A stretch of DNA of 54,927 nucleotides, counting the filler, from Sluysia triapertura (lineage: Eukaryota): the NCBI GenBank assembly GCA_046118255.1. It is 4 parts of 4 records of this genome, joined end to end, with 100 filler letters (N's around TTAATTAATTAA, not from the genome) between each part and the next. Parts side by side here need not be neighbours in the genome. Positions count along the whole stretch, not along the records: positions 17,018 to 30,208 come from JBJNIA010053774.1; positions 30,309 to 41,925 come from JBJNIA010182768.1; 2 more parts are not named here. The stretch is one strand, 5' to 3'. Below the pieces are notes generated by a model. The model did no database searches. It saw only the letters and a list, made by a program, of their open reading frames with translations, and was not told where the DNA came from. Within the stretch, counting starts at the first letter, position 1. The number at the start of each line of letters is the position of its first letter. The position numbers were made by a program, and so were the translations under genes. Positions 24,288 to 35,598 of this stretch are shown here, one piece after another.

Positions 24288-24640
24288 TTCTCGTGGTGCT
24301 TGAACTGATAGGTATTGACTATAAATCTTTTGTGCTTCTTTGTGTAATTTTTTCTGACCAGATAATGCTTTATAGTTTTCACATGCTGCCCAAAATTCTA
24401 AATTTTCATCACTATATTCTGTTTTTAAAAATGCATTAAAAAGTGCCAATCCGTAACGATCTGCAAGTAAATTTTCTAAATTAGCTTCCCATCGACGAAT
24501 TGTTTCTGCGCTTGGTTGATGAGAACTATTTCCGGAATGAGGGCGAGTCGAAGTAGAATTACCAGAATTTGTAGAAGAATTACCGGGCAAGATACTGACG
24601 CTGGACAAATATGGAAGAAGACTGTGTTTTTTACCAATTT
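24288..24640 (-). CDS. Exon (phase 1 to 0) of a regulator of G-protein signalling (RGS, R4-like) gene
   Basis: ttcag|AA ATT GGT...CGA GAA|gttagt encodes ...PSAETIRRWEANLENLLADRYGLALFNAFLKTEYSDENLEFWAACENYK...AQKIYSQYLSVQAPRE, which is RGS box helices 1-5. The intron falls at APRE|V. The final RGS exon was not found. Confidence 0.93.
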
Positions 24641-25372
24641 CTGAATTAAATAATTTATATCAAGCAATAAATGTTACAGATTTTAATGTATTGTTTTCAT
24701 ACTATTTTAGTCTTCAAATTAGTAACAAAAACAAAATTTTGACATAGATTTAAAGTTAATTTAATATTATTATGGAAATAATCGAAATATTAATCGAAAT
24801 AAGTATTTGAGTATTTAGAATAATAAAAATCACTACAATTTTACAAGAAATTCTGCTACACTTAACCATTCCTTTTTCATAATCATAGATTTTGTCAGCG
24901 CTAAATTTTGCCTTAAAATTATTTAAAAATCACTTTCAAGTAGTATTAATGTTTTTTCTAGCACATATATTTGCTATAGAATAAATATTCAAAATCGTCA
25001 AATCAGATTCAAGTAAATAGATGCATCTATTACATTACATACACATTTGTCTGATTTTGTTCTTACCTTACTTTAGAAAGGTGATTTTGAGTTCAATGAG
25101 GAGTGTAGAGATCAAGTGTAGGATTTTCTTGAATTTTTAATATTTGTATTTAAAAAGTAAATATTGATATAATTTAAACATAAACAAATTGAAAATATTT
25201 AATTAATCAAATCAAATATTAACTCTTTTTTTTAGAAATAATATAATGAATTCTGATAATAAAAAACAAGAATCTTTAATAAATTTAACAAATATAGCGT
25301 GACAAAACTATATAAATACATTCTTATTATGACTGTCTAGAAAGAAAATAACTTTTAGTTTTATTTATAAAA

Positions 25373-25377
25373 TAATG

Positions 25378-25437
<60 letters not shown>
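25373..25437. repeat. (AAT)n microsatellite
   Basis: Trinucleotide run in the RGS intron. Confidence 0.95.
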
Positions 25438-25439
<2 letters not shown>

Positions 25440-25699
25440 CATAAATTTGAAATTTGTTTGTTGAAATAAAGGTATAAATATGTATTTATCAAGACCTAAA
25501 ATATAATGCAGATTTAACAAAACTGTTTAATAATTATGTATGACAATTATTATACGTGTTTTATTTTTTGAATAAAAACCACTTATTCAATTCAAAGAGT
25601 AGAAGAATTAGCAACTGAATTATTAAAATAGTTTGAAAATAAATGAAACAAAGTCAGAATTTATATTATTCAAATATAAAAATAGCCATAATGCTAAAA

Positions 25700-26264
25700 C
25701 AAACGAAACCAAATTAAGTGTTAGTGAATAAGATTCTGGAAGAAAATGAAAAATCAAAAAATGAACATGGAAGAAAATATTAATTGTATTGTTAAAAGGC
25801 TTAAATAACAAATGTTCGAAAATTTATTAATAAAGAAATAGCTAAACTGATTGTTTATTCATTGATAACTAAAAACACAGATTTTAACAATGGTACAATG
25901 TGTTCCATTCTATATAGAAAAATGCAACCAGCAAGAATAATATAGAATTATATTGTTACCAATGAAAACAAGAATAGAATTCAAAAGCATGACAATAATG
26001 GAAGTTCTGAATATTTCTTGGAAATAATAAAAATTTCGGTATCCAAATTGAATAATAATCTGTAGAGTGATAATTATGTGCTAAATGATAGGTTATATAT
26101 AGTTTATGTTTCAAAAAAATACAAGCAGCTACCAGAGAATGTTAAATTACTGAACGATTATGGAATATTTAAGAAAAATGAAAAGTTTTTTCTATTTCAG
26201 AAATATTTCAGTACTTATTTTATAATAGATATTAGCGTTATATAAATTAATTTATTATTATTAT
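25700..26264 (+). mobile_element. CR1/L2-type LINE 3' fragment with short (ATT)n tail
   Basis: KMNMEENINCIVK..., LPMKTRIEFKSMTI..., LPENVKLLNDYGIFKK..K.FLFQKY. Homologous to the other copies in the window. Confidence 0.7.
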
Positions 26265-26529
26265 TAAGACATATGCTCCATTAAGGCTAAATTTTGTTTA
26301 ATATAGCTGGTAATATAAATATTGTCTAAATAGATCAATGCATAGTAGGCAAAATTAAGATAATAAGGTGGTATTATTTTCATCATTGTATAAAAATGTA
26401 ATAGAACCAAATGACGATTCGTTGGTAGCTGCATAATAAGTAAATTAAGATGTTTTGATGTAGTGTGATTTGCCAAGGATATCAAAATATCAAGTAATCT
26501 TTTTAATTGTTTTGAATTTTTTAATTGAT

Positions 26530-27267
26530 ATTTAATACCGTCTTGGAGTATCTCCTAAGGTCTGTTAATTATTTTTAATTATTAATAATTTTTTTATTTA
26601 ATCAAGAATTAAGTTTTCAATTATTATAGCAACATGAAATTATAAAACTTAATAAAGTGAATATTGTCGAACATAAAAGTAAATAAAAAAGGATTAGTTA
26701 ATACTAAAATGTTATAAATTTCAACAACATCATAAAATTCCTTTTCTTGTGCTACTGTCAGTTCGCCAAATCAATAAAAGAGTATTGTAGCTTGTATTAG
26801 GAGATAAATATATGTTTCTTCAAAGTCGTACTTAACATTTATTTGTTTCTTGTTTGGAATAAGTAATAAATTTCACAATAAACCAAAAATAATTCAGAAG
26901 ATATTTTTTGAATTGGTCTTTTGGATCAGTTTCAAAATCCAATTTAGATTGAATAAATTTCAGAATTCCTTGTTTTACTGCTTTAATAATATCATCTTCA
27001 TGAGTAATCATTTTACTTTCATTTTATTATATTTGTATATTAATAATTTCACCAATTCACTAGGAATATAATAGAGTAAGCCACCGTCGTCATAATTTTG
27101 TGGTAACTATTACTCACAATTTTCAAAGTCAACAAACCACTGATAGCCATACTTAACAATTAAGTTTTCAGCTACATTATCTCTCCAGTTATTTGAATTT
27201 GCTGAAGCTGATTTTAGTTCATTACGAACACATTTGATAACTGTGCTTCGTGTTGGACGAGTCATGT
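26530..27267 (-). pseudogene. Disrupted orphan reading frame
   Basis: ATG 27267 gives MTRPTRSTVIKCVRNELKSASANSNNWRDNVAENLIVKYGYQWFVDFEKL*, then coding-like sequence with stops and frameshifts. A CCAAT box (GATTGGCT) lies about 85 bp upstream. Family not recognised. Confidence 0.3.
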
Positions 27268-28245
27268 CAGAATGAGTAATGTTGATTTTCTTTGATTACC
27301 GAAAAATGAGAAGGAACAAAATGATTAGTATCGAAATTGACTGATGTTGATTGGCTAAGATTTTTATTATGACTAATAAAAGTACGTTGTTTCATGGTTA
27401 TATTTCTTGATTTAAATTTTGTTACCACATTGTTTTATGATGTTTTTGGTCGATACTGATATTTGTCCGCGTTGTTTGAATTTCCATATACAATTGTAAA
27501 TGATTTCAATAAATATTTATCATAAAAAAGTGTAAATACATTTATTAATTCCATGACAAAAAGGTGTTTAGAAGTATTGAAAAACTCAGGAACATCAATA
27601 AAATACTAATTTTGTACAATACATTTTATAGTCTCTTAAATAAAAAGCTTTTGTAATGTGTTCGATACTTTTGAAACGAAATTTATTTAACTAAATTCAA
27701 TATAGTAATTAAAAGTGTACTAAAATGGGAAACTATAAATAAGTAATAGTTTATTCGTGTTTTTTTATTAAATAGTATTGTTAATTTGTTATAATATAAA
27801 TTGTGTTTCCATGTGCAATAAAATTAAGTGATGTCCTCTACCAAAAGATTACTTCTTAAACAATGCACTTATTATATTACATGCTTGAGGTAGCATTTTT
27901 ATTGTAAACAAAATTCTTTAACAATACATAATCATGAATTACGTACAAATTTATAATTAATTTAAAATTCACCTCACACCATATTGTATAGTTGTAATAT
28001 TAAAAAAGAACTAATATTTCGTTTTTGAATATCTACTCAACACTTTTAGATCAATAAGTATTATATTAATGTAAAATGAAATATTTGAATTTCATTATTT
28101 AATTAAAAAAAGGTAAACAGTTATTAATTAACTTATTTGTAAAACATTGTTTTACTATAATGTACACCAATAGAATTTTTAAATCAATATCAAGCATCCC
28201 AGCGATAACATAGTATTACTTTGTCTGTTGTAAATGAAATCTTTA

Positions 28246-28306
<61 letters not shown>

Positions 28307-28330
28307 TAATAACAATATAATAATAATATA
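28246..28330. repeat. (AAT)n microsatellite
   Basis: Trinucleotide run with a degenerate right end. Confidence 0.95.
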
Positions 28331-29658
28331 ATAGAAATAATATATTTATTAATAAATTATAAGCTCATTGTTCTGCATATTTAGATAAATACGGTTTAGA
28401 TAAATACGGATTTAATAACACTGAGAATGAAAAATAATTTAGTGCGGCTAATTAAAGAAAAGTTGATGATGCTATAGAATATTGTTGAAATTCCCATTTT
28501 AAATAAATAAAAAATAATAATGGAAAAATTATAGAAAATTATTTTACAACGTAAAACGTTAAACTTCTTCAAATAATGAGATAGAAATTAGAAATTAGAA
28601 ATTAAACATGAAAACAGAAGATGAGAATTCATTACATTTCAGTTGCAATCAAAAACATTTACGGATTATACGCCAACACATGAAACAACAATTATTCATT
28701 AAAGGATAAATATCAACAGAAATAGACAAATAACAAGGTGGATATAATTGAATAGTATTATAATGTTACTACTACTACTACTACTCCTACTTCTACTATT
28801 TCTACTACTATTATATCATAGAAATAAATTGTATGTTGTACGATGAAAACTTGATAATTATTGGCTTTAAGTTGTTTATAACTAAGAAATGCAATATAAG
28901 GAAATATAATATACTATATTAATTATATTAATTCCTCTAATTCCTATAATATTAAGAATTCCTATAACAATTTAAAGAATTTTATAGTGAATAAAGAATG
29001 ATTATTAATACTGAAATTAAATAAGTGAATATAATTAAATATTGAAATAATTTGAAAATTATTTTTATCAACAATCAAACACATTTAATGTTTTTTTAGA
29101 CATTCTTACAATATTCATTTGCATTTTATTACATCAAAATTTATAAAATAAAATATGTAATATTTTTTATTCTATAAATTTTGATGTAACAAAATGCAAC
29201 TGAATATTAATATAAACATTACCAAAGTTACTGAAATATAACTTTTTTTCATGACTCTTCAACTTCATCAACCTATTGAAATTTTTCAGAAATCTTTATA
29301 TCAAATTAAAGATAATAAGAAAAGCTTTCATTTGATATCGAAATATGTTGCATTAATTAGAACGATAAACTTTTTGCTCGAAAGAAAAGGCCACAAAATT
29401 GGTATTCTCAATAAAAGAAATTTTGAGAGGAAGACCACCTTCTGAAAATAATTTTAGGTCGAGTGGTAGACATTTTCCATCATTCATTCTTGTACCTGGC
29501 CTTACTAAAACCCCTCAAAATGTTGGAATTGTAATAGATACATGTGTAATGATTGCCTGACTTTTCATCATTTGAAAAAAATACTTATAATAAAATGAAT
29601 AAAAATTGCATTTCTGACACTTTTTGATATCCTGCAAAAAATTGATTTTAGAAATGGC

Positions 29659-29710
<52 letters not shown>
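29659..29710. repeat. (AAT)n microsatellite
   Basis: Trinucleotide run. Confidence 0.95.
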
Positions 29711-29743
29711 TTGAAAATTGATTATCAACATTATATAACTAAC

Positions 29744-30042
29744 GAAAACTTGGAGTTTGATGACAAGATGTGAGAGTTCTACATTCGGATGTTGTCGAAA
29801 GTGACATAGGTGGTATATTTAGTAACGGATTTAAAGTTAGTGAAGTTTTATGTGTTGCTGCAACTGTTACAGGCAAATTTAAATTATTGTTGTCACCAGG
29901 ATTGCATAAATTAGATGCTAAAGTACCTTGACTACCGCCAAATTTGATATCTGACGACAAAGCAAGTTGACCAATGTTTGGTGGTGGTGCTTCTACCGTG
30001 GATTTACGATGAAAGAAATGGAATACTTCTTTCACATCAAAT
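29744..30042 (-). CDS. Upstream exon (phase 2 to 1) of the RGS gene
   Basis: aattag|A TTT GAT...AGT TTT C|gttagt encodes FDVKEVFHFFHRKSTVEAPPP...HQTPSF. The phase-1 donor joins the phase-1 acceptor at 24640 (C+AA = Gln). FDVKEVFHFFHRKS resembles the R4-RGS N-terminal amphipathic helix (KDMKHRLGFLLQKS). Confidence 0.75.
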
Positions 30043-30137
30043 CTAATTAAAAAGTAATATTTATTCTGTTTAAGATTACAATATTTATTATATTTGTAAG
30101 CAGAGTAAAACAAAAAATGACAAAAAGTTTAAATTAA

Positions 30138-30208
30138 CCCTTTCAGCCCCGGGACCGCCATATGGCGTCAATGGCGATTTTTTCTCTTACACAACTGCTA
30201 TGCAAGAT
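30138..30208. mobile_element. piggyBac-type element end, cut by the linker
   Basis: TTAA|CCCTTTCAGCCCCGGGACCGCCATATGGCG: CCCTTT TIR start after TTAA, with the subterminal palindrome CGCCATATGGCG. Confidence 0.55.
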
Positions 30209-30308
30209 NNNNNNNNNNNNNNNNNNNNNNNNNNNNNNNNNNNNNNNNNNNNTTAATTAATTAANNNNNNNNNNNNNNNNNNNNNNNNNNNNNNNNNNNN
30301 NNNNNNNN
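30209..30308. other. Artificial assembly linker
   Basis: 44N-TTAATTAATTAA-44N. Confidence 0.95.
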
Positions 30309-30443
30309 TAATAATAATTATAATTGTTGTTGTGGTTTAATATAATTTAAATTCTTTTGATTAAAATATAAGTTAAAATAAGTTATTTATGGTTTGATTA
30401 ATGAAGACGTTACTAAGTTTTATTAGAATTCTATTTTTTAAAA

Positions 30444-31950
30444 TTAAAAATTGAAACGATCTCTAACTTCTTGTTTAATAAAAAATAAACAAAATTCACA
30501 TAAAAATTTATTTATTATAATTTTAATTTTTATGTATAGGCTCCTGCGTGTGATCCTGGCGCATTTCCACGTTTCACTATCTGAATAACAATAAAAAATT
30601 ATAATATTATCAATGTAAATACAAAAATTGTTTAGTTCTTGATTGTCCATAATTAAAGTATTGGTTGCCGAATTCATTGTCGATGAACAGAGACTCCTGA
30701 GTAGTTATGCTATTCTAGAAGAATGATAATCATAGTTTGTATCGCTTTCCTTGATAGACCCCAATTTGTAAACTGTATGAGCATAATAGCAGCCAAATGC
30801 ACTCTTTACTCTTTGTCATTACCGAATGGGCAAAAAGCATTCTTGTTGAATTGATTTGAATAGGATCTGCTTAAATGACTTGCATACTTTATTGGTTGTT
30901 TCTTAACATATTCTTTAAATTTTAAAATATCATAGTGCTGTGAAGTCATTTGCCGAGCATTTGCGCAGCTTGCTCATGCTTGTTGTATGATAATATCGTT
31001 CCTTTCAATGGTAATGCTAGGTAAAACTAGGAATTGTATATTTTGAGCGAAATCATCATCATTGTTAACTTCATAGTCATCATCAAAATCATCATCACCA
31101 TCGTTAATTATGATAGGTTCGATATATTTTAACGCATTCATTGCAATATTCGCTTGTGGTTTCTCTAAACATCGATCATCATTGATAAACAAATGTGACT
31201 CCACTAAATTTTCGTTTCCGTAAATTTCGATCATATTGTGTTGTGTATCAACATAATTTCGTGATAAAATTTTTAATTTTAAACTGATAACTTATTAAAT
31301 TGTAGTCTGTCTCATTTCTAGAAATTACGTCAGATTGTCGTTTACAATGTATAAAATTATTTATACGCATAGTATTGACATGGTGGTCATTTTTTATTGC
31401 TTTTACGAGGAACCAATATTTCACCTTTTTATTAATATGTTCTCTCCTGCAATCAATCCATTGACTAAGAGGCATATATTCTAGAAGATTATCAAATTTG
31501 CGTTAGAATGTTTCGATGTAATTTATTTCTTAAACAAAGAGCCAAATTAAATAAACATATTGCTAATGTTATTTCCAGGTAGAATTATGATAGAATTATG
31601 GTAACATTGGATCTTCATGAATAGCATTAAATTTTTCATTAATAGTATTATTTTCATTATCGTTTTCTAGTCGCTCATTTGGACAAAACATTATCAATTT
31701 AATTTTTCACTCGTACATTTTTCCAGTTATATCCATTAACATATAAACAGTTTCTTCGAAAACCTTAATACATACTAAAAGCATATGTTGTTTAATTTGT
31801 ACATCAATATTATTAATAGGAGTATAATGAAATAACTTCTTTAATCGTTGAAATTCTTCTATTGCTTTTAAATCATCTTGAGGTGTATATTTAGTTAATC
31901 CTCTCTTATAGATTACTATTTTCATATTAACCAAAGACATTTGTATCCAT
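30444..31950 (-). pseudogene. Long disrupted intronless orphan reading frame
   Basis: A chain of same-strand ORFs (31707-31940, 31248-31475, 30974-31234, 30444-30677) separated by stops and frameshifts, with ATG GAT ACA at 31950. It includes an acidic tract and a weak makorin-like C-terminal resemblance. Confidence 0.45.
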
Positions 31951-32119
31951 TAAGTTTTTGGTATTAAAATCAAAATGGTTTTTCGTAAGTTGAATTATTC
32001 TAATTTTCTGGTTATTAAATTAATTTGTGAGCACCACCAATAAAACTTTGTGTGTTTGTGTTTGGGTTGGCTGCACCAAAATTTTTATCTCTTTAATAAA
32101 ATTAAGTGGCAAAAAATGA

Positions 32120-32320
32120 ACTTGATTGGCTGTTCAACCAGAGGTATTGAAATGATAAAAACAGTAATGCTAGCTCTGATTGGATGGCCAATGGAAACAC
32201 GTAAAAGACAATAGAAATCATAGACGATTAAATTATATATGATGACAACCACCATCATCAACAGTGACGTTAAACTATAAATGTAAATCAAAATGTCACT
32301 GGTGATGATGACTACTCAGT
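32120..32320. promoter_or_regulatory. CCAAT-box-like plus 19-bp-stem hairpin module, copy 2 (function unknown)
   Basis: GATTGGCTGTTCAACCA...TGATTGGATGGCCAAT, then arms CATCATCAACAGTGACGTT (32253-32271) and AATGTCACTGGTGATGATG (32292-32310). Homologous to 18900-19100. Confidence 0.45.
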
Positions 32321-32429
32321 TAATTGTTTATGCGATTAATAAAATGGAAATAATAATAAATAATAATGAAAAATAAAATGATGATAGTAATAATAACAAC
32401 AAGAATGTTATTATTATTACTATTATTAA

Positions 32430-32644
32430 CACTAGATTTACCAGGAATTTTCCATACCTATTTATACCTATTTTTTAATATTATTTAATTAATAAAAAAA
32501 TAAAAACACTTGCGAAATTAGTGCATTTAGTTTTGTGTGGTAAAAGTCAAATAATGGTTTTTAAAATAAATATACAAATTTATATAGAAATTTAAGTAAT
32601 TTTTAATCAAACCAGTCATTTTGACTGGTTTGGTAAATCTAGTG
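32430..32644. mobile_element. piggyBac-type MITE
   Basis: TTAA|CACTAGATTTACCA ... TGGTAAATCTAGTG|TTAA: perfect 14-bp TIR and TTAA TSD, with the subterminal palindrome ACCAGTCATTTTGACTGGT. Confidence 0.88.
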
Positions 32645-33358
32645 TTAAGGATTTAATCATTAATTAATTAATTAATTTTCTGGTATTTTAAATGTACTAA
32701 TAATAAAATGTACTAATAATAAAACAATCATTTAACGTAAATATATTTTGATTTTAATATCACATTTGATACTTTGATACTCGTACAACAAATTGTTATA
32801 TTCTCATATTCATTGTTTAAAAATACTAATTTATTAGTTTAGATTTTTGTTTTATTTTTAAGTGGATAAAGATAATAATAAAGTCATCTACGAAAAGAAA
32901 TTAGCCTCACAAATCAATTGATAAAAACAATGGACCTTATTCAATTTCCGATTAAGTTATAAGTCTCTTTCTATAGTCAAACATATCACTTCACAATTTA
33001 TTTCTATTCGAATTTCTGAATACAGTAACTAATTACCATATAGACAGAGTAAAAATTAATCCAATTTACAAATAAAATCAAATTTTAATTTGTGCTTCAT
33101 TAAATACAAATATAAATTGATTTTAAGTACAATAAATAAACTTATTAAAATATATTCACAAATGTTCGTCAATAATAGCATAAAACTAACCAAAGTTGTA
33201 TAATAGAATTGCAATCAACAGACACAACATGAAATTCTAGAAAAGCTACAATATATATTTCTACAAATTTTTCTGTTATTTTCATTATTTCAGAGTATTG
33301 TTAAGGTGTAATGTGTACGTTAAAAAGTAAAATAAAATTAATATTTAATATTAAATTG

Positions 33359-33359
33359 A

Positions 33360-33420
<61 letters not shown>
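33359..33420. repeat. (AAT)n microsatellite
   Basis: Trinucleotide run. Confidence 0.95.
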
Positions 33421-33421
<1 letters not shown>

Positions 33422-33515
33422 ATTAAAATGATAATAATTGTAAAAGACTTAGAAGCCTTGATTTCAGTTTACAATAATATCAATTAATAAGGTCATAAAA
33501 ATAAGTACTTTAAAG

Positions 33516-33749
33516 CACGGTCTCTCAACCGTTGGGTCGCGAACTCGTGACTTAGTATAAATAATATAATATATTATAATATAAATATAAACTACATACA
33601 AAAATATTAATTTATACAATCAAAACGCTAATTAGCGCTAATAGTGTTGTCGTTTTATTTCTTAGCATTCCTTTATGTAATAAAAAATTGGGTTGCGGAG
33701 TAAAACACTGCCCTTGATAGAAAAAACTCTGATAGATTGAGAAACTCTG
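33516..33749. mobile_element. hAT-family MITE
   Basis: Exact 8-bp TSD CTTTAAAG at 33508-33515 and 33750-33757, imperfect TIR CACGGTCTCTCAACC / GATTGAGAAACTCTG, and subterminal TGGGTCGCG / TGGGTTGCG. Confidence 0.85.
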
Positions 33750-34251
33750 CTTTAAAGTACGTACAAGCTACATAATCAAGCAGCAGTAATTTTGTACATC
33801 ATATACAGATATTAATGTAGTTTTATTTTATTATTCCATTCTTACTACCGCAATATACTAAAATATAGCGTCACTCATTTTAAATAAGTCAAACTACAGA
33901 GAAATATATTAAATTAGATAAATAACTAAAATTAGTAATATTCATTCAAATATTTGAATAGTCTTTTTAAATAGATTCATAAAATATGTTTATTTTCCAA
34001 GTCTCATTGTAAATACTTCGAAAATAAGTATCATTGTTATACTTAAAGCTTTAAACATTAAACGATAGCATGAAGTAACCTCCGAAATTCTTTATAAGAC
34101 CAATACGTTGCAAAACCGTGTGTACAAGCCATTCTATAAGCTTGAGATTATAGATAAACTCATGAAATAATTTCTATTTATGGTAGTGGAGTTATCTGAT
34201 GTATCGTAAGGTAACGTAAAAGGTTTAATATAACAGTTAATATAAACTAAC

Positions 34252-34347
34252 CTCCTGCGATTGCTGTAGCAGAAAGAACTGTTGAACAGCTGCCGAGTTT
34301 GTTTTTCGAAGTCACATGTATTGTATATTGTGTGTTTGGTAATAAAT
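34252..34347 (-). CDS. Exon (96 nt, phase 1 to 1), FN3 C-terminal half, nephrin/Sidestep-like IgSF gene
   Basis: tttag|AT TTA...GGA G|gttagt encodes (D)LLPNTQYTIHVTSKNKLGSCSTVLSATAIAG, matching FN3 L.P.T.Y.I.V...N..G. Confidence 0.85.
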
Positions 34348-34427
34348 CTAAATAATCGATTTAATTATTTTTTAATGTTATTTACATCGAATCTAACAAT
34401 TTTAATGATTTCGAATTTTATCTTTGA

Positions 34428-34474
<47 letters not shown>

Positions 34475-34920
34475 TAATAATAATAATAATATAATTTATA
34501 TTGCGCTCATATCTACTACAAAATAAGTACTCAAAAACGTTTAAATTAATCATTCACTATAATATTTCTGAAACAGAAAGAACTTTGCTATTTTCTTAAA
34601 TATTTCATAATCTTCCAATATTTTGACATTCTCTGGTGGCTAGTCGTACATTTTGAAACATAAACAGTATAGAACTTATCACCTAACTTACTATAACTGT
34701 AGATTCTGTATAGATTATTATGTCTCAATGAAATATTCATCTTGGTTTGAATATTTCTAAGAAATATTCAGGACTTCCGTAATGTAAGAATTTGTAAATT
34801 ATTGTCATGATTTTGAATTCTATTCTTGCTTTTATTGACAACCAATGTAATTCCTTAAGACAATGTGTTATGCTTATACAAAATTCATAAAAGCTTAAAT
34901 ATAAAGATGAAGAACAACAT
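34428..34920 (-). mobile_element. CR1/L2-type LINE 3' fragment with (ATT)n tail (34428-34490)
   Basis: ITHCLKELHWLSIKARIEFKIMTIIYKFLHYGSPEYFLEIFKP...PENVKILEDYEIFKKIAKFFLFQKYY*, the classic L..LHWLP...RI.FK......YK.L....P.Y LINE C-terminus. Confidence 0.8.
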
Positions 34921-35243
34921 TTCCAACACTTATTATAGTTTATTTTTTAGTTGCATTCGTGATTTTGGTTACTTTCAATTTTACATTTTATCTTTTACCA
35001 TTACATTTTACCTCTGAATTTATATTCGCATGAAATTATCAACTACTTTCTAATGACCAATTTATAGAATATGACCTATAAAAGTTTCTGATTGATACTT
35101 ATTAAACAGCTTCCAAAAATCGTTAAATTTTCAATGATTGTGTCACGTCATAATAAATTTGAAATAGGTTGTTTAATGTATACCTTGTTTTACTAAACTT
35201 AACTTTAACTTGTGAGTGAATTATAATAAAGCATATGGAAAAC

Positions 35244-35441
35244 CTCGTAATATTATTTGTGATTTATTTGTTTTTACTAATTGTGTGCTGTCACTAGTAA
35301 TTTGATTTAAATTTTTCGGTGTATATGTTAAATGATATTGTTGTTTATGATATCCTCCGTGATAACCAGGTATCCATGACAATTTGACTGAGTTCCACGA
35401 TATAGCTTCGACTAAAAGATCGTGTGGTGGATCAGGAATCG
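35244..35441 (-). CDS. Exon (198 nt, phase 1 to 1), FN3 N-terminal half, nephrin/Sidestep-like IgSF gene
   Basis: tttag|CG ATT...CGA G|gttttc encodes (S)IPDPPHDLLVEAISWNSVKLSWIPGYHGGYHKQQYHLTYTP...KSQIILR. The PDPP..L.V......SV.L.W.PG(F/Y).GG..Q signature is typical of nephrin/Sns/SYG-2-type FN3. It is missed by the ORF track. Confidence 0.88.
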
Positions 35442-35479
35442 CTAAATGTAAGAAATGTATGTAAAAACATATTTCAGTA

Positions 35480-35598
35480 TTAAGAAATTGTAAGAATGAA
35501 ATTAAGAATGAAATTGTAAATAAAATTAAGAAATTGTAAGAATGAAATTAAGAATGAAATTGTAAATAAAATTAAGAAATTGTAAGAATGAAAATTGA
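35480..35598. repeat. Tandem duplication, about 46-bp unit x 2.5
   Basis: TTAAGAAATTGTAAGAATGAAATTAAGAATGAAATTGTAAATAAAA repeated exactly. Confidence 0.85.

Noticed and set aside
32085-32291. Hydrophobic ORF as the missing transmembrane exon of the nephrin-like gene
   Set aside because: It overlaps the repeated hairpin/CCAAT module, and the hydrophobic run comes from the CATCATCAAC arm. No convincing phase-1 acceptor was found.
33191-33236. 46-nt candidate exon (tag|...|gttagt) downstream of the FN3 exons
   Set aside because: In the required phase it gives EFHVVSVDCNSIIQL, which is neither TM nor recognisable. The hydrophobic frame is out of phase. Unresolved without RNA data.
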